A program made the position numbers and the translations under genes. A stretch of 24,000 bases of DNA from the NCBI GenBank assembly GCA_041738035.1, contig JBGSQM010000115.1, positions 2,900 to 26,899 on the forward strand. The letters are read 5' to 3'. Positions 18,299 to 24,000 of the stretch are shown one piece after another (position 1 is the first letter of the stretch; every line of letters begins with the position of its first letter). This DNA comes from Cellulophaga sp. (GTDB lineage Bacteria; Bacteroidota; Bacteroidia; Flavobacteriales; Flavobacteriaceae). The notes beneath the pieces are model-generated. The model did no database searches. It was not told the DNA's origin and worked only from the letters and a program-made list of their open reading frames with translations.

Positions 18299-19642
18299 TT
18301 ATTCTTTTCTTTTTAACAACACACTCACTGCATTCCCACCGAAACCTACTGCATTGACTAATACTCTGGTTATTTTAGTAGGAACTGCATTATAATTCAC
18401 AAAAGGCACTTTTATTACTTTTTGATGTTGCAACATTAAAACCGCAAGTTCTACACTTAACATTCCCGAAGCTCCGAAAGTATGCCCTATCTTCCATTTA
18501 TTTGTAGTGCAAAAAGGTTTTTTGTGAGGGAATACCTTATCAATCGCATTCATTTCTGAAATATCGCCTTTAATAGTGCCAGGTGCGTGCATCACAATAA
18601 CATCTATTTCATCGAGATTAGTATTTCCTAAGGCCATTTTCATAGACCGTTGAAAGCATACGGCATCGGTAGAAATAGAGATATTATGTTCTAATAATTC
18701 CGTAGCATAACCTATACCTTCAATAATTGCCAAAGCATTTTCTGGTACACCTTTTTCTAAACAAGCTACCGCTGCGCCTTCACCTAAAACCATAGAACTT
18801 TGAGTTTTTTGCAAATCCAAAGCACGACAAGGATAGTTTCGACTTCGCTCAGCTACCAAGCTTCGACTTTGCTCAGCTACCAAACTTCGACTTTGCTCAG
18901 CTACCAAGCTTCGACTTGCTTGGACGGAGCCTGACTTAAGCGTAGTCGAAAGGCTCAGCGCAGGCCGCTCAGCCAAGGAGCTTTGAATTTCCTGTTGGAC
19001 GAGTTTACTCGAAGCGTCAGCTATCGGATTTTTAGCATATATTTTTAGTGCTTTCATTTGGGCGACGGTAAAGGCTGTTAGTGGCGCTTCACTACCACCC
19101 ACTAAAAATTTATCTGCCATTCTTGCCTGTAACCATGCTACTCCGTTTAAAAGCGAATGTAACGCTGTGGAACAGGTAATGGAGTGCGAAATTTCTGGAC
19201 CCTGTGTTTGTAAATCATGGGCTATCCAAGAAGATATATTTCCCAAAGTTGTCGTCGGCGATGCCAAAGTTGACACTTTCCCTGATGCTAGAAATTCTTG
19301 ATGGTATTTTTCAAACAATTCCGTTGCTCCTCTTGAAGATCCTATATTTATACCAAAATTATCCTTTGGTGTCCAACCTGCTTTTGCAATAGCCTTTCGA
19401 GAAGCAAATATGGCAAACAAAACACTTTTATCCAAGTTTCTATATTTGGAGTCTGTATTTTTTAGGATTTCAATCTCTTTTTTACCTTCAGCTGTTAGTG
19501 AACCTACCCAAGCATTTTGGTTTTCTATCCTTTCTATACGCAATAAACTCGAATCGTTTTGATAGGTTTTCCAAATATCGTCTTGGAAAATTCCCAAAGG
19601 CGAAATGGAGGAAATAGCAGTTATGGAAATAGGTTCTTTCAA
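18299..19642 (-). CDS. Beta-ketoacyl synthase (KAS I/II-type, Cys-His-His) homolog embedded in the biotin cluster, carrying an internal repeat insertion
   Basis: Thiolase-fold pattern with the active-site Cys in SITCSTALHS, His in VMHAPGTIKGD and His in KIGHTFGASG. It also has the PCRALD...VLGEGAA motif, which corresponds to RPFD...VLGEGAG of FabF. The start is a TTG. A segment of about 60 aa, low in complexity and containing repeats, interrupts the fold. Confidence 0.8.
   Translation of the reverse strand: MKEPISITAISSISPLGIFQDDIWKTYQNDSSLLRIERIENQNAWVGSLTAEGKKEIEILKNTDSKYRNLDKSVLFAIFASRKAIAKAGWTPKDNFGINIGSSRGATELFEKYHQEFLASGKVSTLASPTTTLGNISSWIAHDLQTQGPEISHSITCSTALHSLLNGVAWLQARMADKFLVGGSEAPLTAFTVAQMKALKIYAKNPIADASSKLVQQEIQSSLAERPALSLSTTLKSGSVQASRSLVAEQSRSLVAEQSRSLVAERSRNYPCRALDLQKTQSSMVLGEGAAVACLEKGVPENALAIIEGIGYATELLEHNISISTDAVCFQRSMKMALGNTNLDEIDVIVMHAPGTIKGDISEMNAIDKVFPHKKPFCTTNKWKIGHTFGASGMLSVELAVLMLQHQKVIKVPFVNYNAVPTKITRVLVNAVGFGGNAVSVLLKRKE
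18837..18923 (-). repeat. 24-nt tandem repeat, 3 full copies plus a partial one, inside the KAS-like CDS
   Basis: Plus strand: TTTCGACTTCGCTCAGCTACCAAG / CTTCGACTTTGCTCAGCTACCAAA / CTTCGACTTTGCTCAGCTACCAAG / CTTCGACTTGCTTGG. On the minus strand this translates as SRSLVAEQ SRSLVAEQ SRSLVAER. Confidence 0.9.
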
Positions 19643-19696
19643 AAGAAAAATTTACGTAAGTGATGAAATAAAAACAGTTTAAAACTCGAAACAAGA

Positions 19697-19862
19697 CTAG
19701 TGTTATGTTAAGCCTATTATAGCCTGCCCAACCCTTGTTGTTTTTGACCAGTCCTGCGTTAAAAAATGATTCTGTAGCTACGGCTATACACTAATTTTTT
19801 ACCTTGACCTGGCCAAAAATGACGGCGGCTTAACCAATACAACAAACTTAACACAACACTAG
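19697..19862. repeat. 166-bp imperfect palindromic element with 16-bp terminal inverted repeats (possible MITE or structured RNA)
   Basis: CTAGTGTTATGTTAAG (19697..19712) matches the reverse complement of CTTAACACAACACTAG (19847..19862) at 15 of 16 positions. Inner arms also pair: TTTTTGACCAG with CTGGCCAAAAA, and TAAAAAAT with ATTTTTTA. A perfect central palindrome GTAGCTAC lies at 19774..19781. Confidence 0.65.
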
Positions 19863-19992
19863 AACATTTTAAAATTAATCATCGCTTTTTTTGAACTTAT
19901 ATATTATACTATTTGAAATTATTGGTGTTAAAACTGCTTTAATTTATATTTTAAAATATAGTACTTTTATGACTTCGTAATAAAATAAAAAA

Positions 19993-20691
19993 ATGCAGCC
20001 ATCGCAAATTTCAATTATTGTTCCTTGCTATAATGAATACAAGCGTCTCCCTAAACCTGCATACCTATCTTTTTTAAAAAACAATCCACAAGCGACCATT
20101 TGCTTTGTGAATGACTGTTCTACCGATAAAACTTTGTCACTTTTAGAGGATATAAAACAGCTTTTTCCAAATCAGATCATCATCCTTACCAACGCCAAAA
20201 ATAGCGGAAAAGCAGACAGCGTTCGGAATGGGGTTTTATATTGCCATCAGCATCAAACTGCAAGCTATTTAGCTTATTTAGATGCCGATTTAGCAACATC
20301 ATTGGAAGAATGCTTTTCGTATCTTACTTTTTTAAGAGAGGGCAAAAAGTTTGTTTTTGCTTCTCGAATTTTAAAAATTGGTTCGGTAGTTGAACGTAAG
20401 TTTTCGAGGTTTGTATTCGGTAGAATTATTGCCACTTTTATATCGAGCATTTTAGACATTAAAGTGTATGATACGCAGTGTGGCTGTAAAGTTTTTGATA
20501 TATCAATTTCTGAACTATTGTTTAAAAAACCCTTCTTATCAAAATGGCTGTTTGATGTGGAACTGTTTAGTCGCATGCTCTGTTTTTATAAAAAAGAAAT
20601 CGCATTACAGCTCATGGACGAAATTCCTGTTAAAAAATGGTCGGATGTTGGCGATTCGAAAGTAAAAATGACTTATGCTTTTCAATTATAG
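19993..20691 (+). CDS. GT2 family glycosyltransferase (polyprenyl/dolichyl-phosphate sugar synthase-like)
   Basis: GT-A N-terminus ISIIVPCYNE, then NDCSTDKT and the DxD motif YLDADL. The 232-aa soluble form resembles the Alg5/GtrB/ArnC-type catalytic domain. Confidence 0.8.
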   Translation: MQPSQISIIVPCYNEYKRLPKPAYLSFLKNNPQATICFVNDCSTDKTLSLLEDIKQLFPNQIIILTNAKNSGKADSVRNGVLYCHQHQTASYLAYLDADLATSLEECFSYLTFLREGKKFVFASRILKIGSVVERKFSRFVFGRIIATFISSILDIKVYDTQCGCKVFDISISELLFKKPFLSKWLFDVELFSRMLCFYKKEIALQLMDEIPVKKWSDVGDSKVKMTYAFQL

Positions 20692-20739
20692 ATAGATTTA
20701 TTTAAGATTAAAAAAATGCACAGAAAAAATTATATAAGT

Positions 20740-20773
20740 CTCCCCTAACCCCTCCTAAGGTGACGGACTAAAA
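20740..20773 (+). repeat. 34-nt direct repeat, copy 1
   Basis: CTCCCCTAACCCCTCCTAAGGTGACGGACTAAAA, compared with copy 2 at 20801..20834. Confidence 0.7.
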
Positions 20774-20800
20774 CCTACTTTTTTTTTAATTGAATTTTTC

Positions 20801-20834
20801 CTCCCCTAACCCCTGCGAAGGAGGGGGACTAAAT
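20801..20834 (+). repeat. 34-nt direct repeat, copy 2, with an internal hairpin; abuts the bioA stop codon
   Basis: CTCCCCTAACCCCTGCGAAGGAGGGGGACTAAAT. It contains CCCCT...AGGGG self-complementarity and ends at the bioA stop codon (TAA on the minus strand at 20834..20836). Confidence 0.7.
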
Positions 20835-22102
20835 TAAACTATTTCTAAAGCAGATTTTATAGTGCGATAAATTTTTTGTAATTCTTGCTCAGAAATTACA
20901 TAAGGGGGCGAAATATAAATGGTATTTCCCAAAGGACGTAAAAACACCCCATTGTCCATAAAATGCTGCATTAATTTATCGCGTAAATTACCGTAGCGTT
21001 CCATTTTCAGATTTAAATCTAAAGCAAAAATGGTCCCTGTTTGCCGCGTGGTTAATACCTTTGGATGGTCTTTAATTTCCTCATTAAATTTTTGATGCGA
21101 AGCAATCACCTGTTGAATATTCTCTTGAATTTCGTCGGACTGTAACAATTCAATTCCCGCCAAAGCGGCAGTGCATGCCAAAGGGTTTGCGGTATAGGTA
21201 TGACCATGAAATAAGCCTTTTGAAATTTCATCGCTATAAAAAGCATCATACACTTTTTGCGTACAACTTGTTACTGCCATAGGCAATAAACCTGCAGTTA
21301 AGGCTTTAGACATGCAGATAATATCGGGTTTTTCCGTTAAATAATCCGAAGCAAAATACTTACCTGTTTTACCGAAGCCTGTCATGACCTCATCGGCTAC
21401 CGTAATTACATCGTATTGTTTTAAAAGTCCTAGAATTTTATTTAAACCTGCTGCATCGTGCATTTGCATGGCTGCTGCGCCTTGAATTAAGGGTTCATAG
21501 ACGAAACCAGCAATGTCATTTTGTTGTAAACGCTTTGCTAATTTTTCTAAAATTGAAACAATATTTTCTTTCGTTGGTGTAGCAATACGTTCCACTTGCA
21601 TAAAATAAGCCTCAAATGGCCCGTTATATACTGACAATCCAGAAACGGACATGGCACCAAAAGTATCGCCGTGAAAAGCATCTTCAAAAGCCAACAATAC
21701 TTTACGATTTTGTCCTTTGTTAAAATGATATTGCAATGCCATTTTTATTCCGATCTCGATAGCCGTTGAACCATTATCCGAAAAGAATAATTTTTCTTGG
21801 TTATCCGGTAAAATATTTATCAAGGCTTCTGATAATTTTACGGCGGATTCATGCGTAAAACCACTAAACACCACCTGATCTAATTGCTGCATTTGCGCAT
21901 ACACTTTCTCGATGATGTAATCGTTACAATGTCCGTAAACGCAAGTGTACCACGAGGCTATTCCATCAATATAGGTCTTGCCTTCTTCATCGGTGAGCGT
22001 ACAGCCTTTCGCCTTGGTAATTGCCAACATTTTCTGGTGCAATTTGTGCTGGGTTAAAGGATGCCAAATATGCTTTTTATCGCGTTCTGAAATATTTTTC
22101 AA
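20834..22102 (-). CDS. bioA: Adenosylmethionine-8-amino-7-oxononanoate aminotransferase BioA
   Basis: 422-aa class-III aminotransferase with the BioA N-terminus (DKKHIWHPLTQH) and the PLP lysine context (ICMSKALTAG). Apparent TTG start. Confidence 0.93.
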   Translation of the reverse strand: MKNISERDKKHIWHPLTQHKLHQKMLAITKAKGCTLTDEEGKTYIDGIASWYTCVYGHCNDYIIEKVYAQMQQLDQVVFSGFTHESAVKLSEALINILPDNQEKLFFSDNGSTAIEIGIKMALQYHFNKGQNRKVLLAFEDAFHGDTFGAMSVSGLSVYNGPFEAYFMQVERIATPTKENIVSILEKLAKRLQQNDIAGFVYEPLIQGAAAMQMHDAAGLNKILGLLKQYDVITVADEVMTGFGKTGKYFASDYLTEKPDIICMSKALTAGLLPMAVTSCTQKVYDAFYSDEISKGLFHGHTYTANPLACTAALAGIELLQSDEIQENIQQVIASHQKFNEEIKDHPKVLTTRQTGTIFALDLNLKMERYGNLRDKLMQHFMDNGVFLRPLGNTIYISPPYVISEQELQKIYRTIKSALEIV

Positions 22103-22263
22103 TGAGAATAATTTTAGAATCCGTGTTTTTATTTATCTTGCAAAGATGCTAATAAATAGTATTATTGCTAGAATATTCCGCCTATTAATTTGAGAAAATA
22201 ATAGTTCTTAATATGTTTTTTTAATGTAATAAAAATATAATCGATCTAACAAAACAGCTTTAA

Positions 22264-23736
22264 ATGCCTTCTAAAAAAATTAAAATCTTTTTTAAAATCC
22301 CATTGACTGATAAAATTAATTGGTTATTAGTCCTAGCAATCTTTTTTTTACTTTACGCGCCAAATCTATTAAGAGAGGGCATGTTTGTTGACGGAATTTG
22401 GTATGCTACTATTTCGAATAATTTAGCCAATGGTTATGGATCTTTATGGTCGCCAATGTTTACACAAACAATATTTCCTGAGTTTTATGAACATCCTCCA
22501 ATGGTATTTTGGCTGCAAAGTTTATTTTTTAAATTCTTGGGAAACTCCTTTTGGATTGAAAGACTTTATTGCCTAGTAGCACTTATCATTACGGGTTTAC
22601 TTATTACAAAAATTTGGGAAAAAATAAATATTGATAATGAAGCATATCAAAAAGCAGCCTATTTACCAATTATACTTTGGATGCTTAATTTGCAAACTTT
22701 CTTTGCTTATCCCAATAACGTATTAGAATGCACGCTTACAATATTTACGTTATCTGCCATTTATTTATTAATAAAGAGTTTAAAAACAAATAACAAAGAA
22801 TCTTATTTTTTAATATTTATTTCTGGTTTTTTAGTTTTTTTAGCGTTTCTGTGCAAAGGAGCTGTTGCATTATTTCCTTTTGTATTTTTTGTGCTACATT
22901 TAATTGTATTTAAGGGAAATTTAAAAGAATCTATTATAAAAACCTTGATTCTTGTTACAAGTTTTATGCTTTGCTTTTTTATAACTCTTCAATTTGAAAA
23001 TTCAAGGAACTTTTTTGTAGCATACATTGACAATCAAATAGTCAAATCTATTTTGGGGTTTAGAACAGAAAATATGAGAGAAAGTAGATTTTACATACTT
23101 ATCAGTATATTTAGAAGTATTCCAATATCATTAGGTTTATCTATACTTTTTTTAGTTTTAGCATTTTTTAAAAACAAAAAAAAATGGGTATTCAGTAAAC
23201 AAAAAAATAAGCTTAGTGTTTTCTATTTTCTTATTGCTCTTTCTGCATCTTTGCCTATAATGGTAAGTTTAAAACAGGCAGGTTATTATTTAACACCTTC
23301 TTTGCCTTTATTCTCAATAGCCATGGCATTGCTTATCGTTAAATCATTTATTGTTATTAAAACAGTATTATTAAAACACAAAAAATATCATCAAAATTTT
23401 TCGTTGTTTATTATTGTATTAATGATTATTAGTATCGTATTAGCTTTTAAAAACGTAGGAACTATAGATAAAAGAGATTCTGAAAAATTATGTTTCGTAA
23501 AACAAATTACAAAGAAAATACCAGACAATAGTGTTGTAAATTTTAAATCAACAAAGTTTGAACATTCGATACATGGCTTTTTTCAGCGTCACCATTTTAT
23601 TAGCCTAGATACAAATTCAACTATTACAAAAAAATATTTTATTGTAGAAAAAGCAATTGATAGCTTAGCGTATGATGCATATTATTTGGAAGATGATTTT
23701 AATGATAAAACATATAATCTATATATAAAAAACTAG
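22264..23736 (+). CDS. GT-C fold glycosyltransferase (ArnT/PMT-like, GT83/GT39), polytopic membrane protein
   Basis: 490-aa ORF with about 11-12 hydrophobic helices. The N-terminal loop is REGMFVDGIWYATISNNLANGYGSLW...YEHPPMVFWLQSLFFKFLG, as in ArnT-like transferases. Confidence 0.8.
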   Translation: MPSKKIKIFFKIPLTDKINWLLVLAIFFLLYAPNLLREGMFVDGIWYATISNNLANGYGSLWSPMFTQTIFPEFYEHPPMVFWLQSLFFKFLGNSFWIERLYCLVALIITGLLITKIWEKINIDNEAYQKAAYLPIILWMLNLQTFFAYPNNVLECTLTIFTLSAIYLLIKSLKTNNKESYFLIFISGFLVFLAFLCKGAVALFPFVFFVLHLIVFKGNLKESIIKTLILVTSFMLCFFITLQFENSRNFFVAYIDNQIVKSILGFRTENMRESRFYILISIFRSIPISLGLSILFLVLAFFKNKKKWVFSKQKNKLSVFYFLIALSASLPIMVSLKQAGYYLTPSLPLFSIAMALLIVKSFIVIKTVLLKHKKYHQNFSLFIIVLMIISIVLAFKNVGTIDKRDSEKLCFVKQITKKIPDNSVVNFKSTKFEHSIHGFFQRHHFISLDTNSTITKKYFIVEKAIDSLAYDAYYLEDDFNDKTYNLYIKN

Positions 23737-23739
23737 AAA

Positions 23740-24000
23740 TCAAGCCATCATTAGAGATGCTAATGTTGCCTTAAATTGAGCTGCATATTTTTGGATGGTT
23801 GCTTTGTCAAAAACTGGTTCCTCATTTATTCTGCCTATGGCTGTTATCCCTGTTTTTTTAAGGATAATTTCTTCTGTTGTTTTATGTTCATCACCACTAA
23901 ATATAATAGAAACATTATAACCTTTATATTGCAACCAACCAACGGTAAGTAAGGTGTGGTTAATACTTCCTAAGTAATGTCTTGAAACCACAACAACCTT
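23740..24000 (-). CDS. bioD: Dethiobiotin synthase BioD, C-terminal part; CDS runs off the 3' edge of the window
   Basis: The frame is open to nt 24000 (…VVVVSRHYLGSINHTLLTVGWLQYKGYNVSIIFSG…), matching the C-terminal BioD pattern (GxINHTLLT). It lies in a bio gene context. Confidence 0.8.
   Translation of the reverse strand, partial: KVVVVSRHYLGSINHTLLTVGWLQYKGYNVSIIFSGDEHKTTEEIILKKTGITAIGRINEEPVFDKATIQKYAAQFKATLASLMMA

Noticed and set aside
18837-18923. Possible CRISPR array, because of regularly repeated sequence
   Set aside because: The repeats are contiguous 24-nt units with no spacers. They lie inside an open reading frame and no cas genes are nearby.
20740-20834. Possible mini-CRISPR or attachment-site pair
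   Set aside because: There are only two imperfect copies, no cas or recombinase genes, and the sequence type fits REP-like intergenic repeats.
1-24000. Scan for tRNA, rRNA, tmRNA or known riboswitch-like sequences in intergenic regions
   Set aside because: I found no cloverleaf-compatible or otherwise recognisable conserved RNA sequence by eye. This is a weak negative without covariance-model tools.

Overview
AT-rich chromosomal segment that looks like a Flavobacteriia (Bacteroidota) genome. The evidence is the gldD-gldE gliding-motility pair in the mutY-ssb-gldE-gldD arrangement, many SpII-type lipoprotein signals and no obvious Shine-Dalgarno sites. Most of the window is housekeeping: a tandem pair of M16 peptidases, gldD/gldE, ssb, mutY, HU, an RNase E/G-family gene, def-like, recX, and a biotin cluster (bioD, bioA, a KAS-like gene, bioB) on the minus strand. 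I found no rRNA, tRNA, CRISPR array, integrase, transposase or recognisable defence system. Four things stand out. (1) A roughly 4.1-kb accessory segment (about 3066-7466) is bracketed by diverged direct repeats of the 3' end of a lipoprotein gene. It carries a decayed PIN-like toxin gene, an XRE-HTH membrane protein, a truncated hydrolase and a GT-C glycosyltransferase, so it looks like the remnant of an integrated element. (2) The biotin cluster contains a Cys-His-His (KAS I/II-type) condensing-enzyme gene. That gene carries an in-frame, G+C-richer insertion with 24-nt tandem repeats. (3) The biotin genes are interleaved with opposite-strand GT2 and ArnT-like GT-C genes, which form a candidate polyprenyl-phosphate-sugar glycosylation module. 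(4) A catalytically intact peptide deformylase homolog carries a lipoprotein signal peptide. Two small repeat families also sit beside the bio genes: a 166-bp palindromic MITE-like element and a pair of 34-nt direct repeats. All functional calls come from reading the translated ORFs against remembered family motifs. No database search was possible, so family assignments are inferences.
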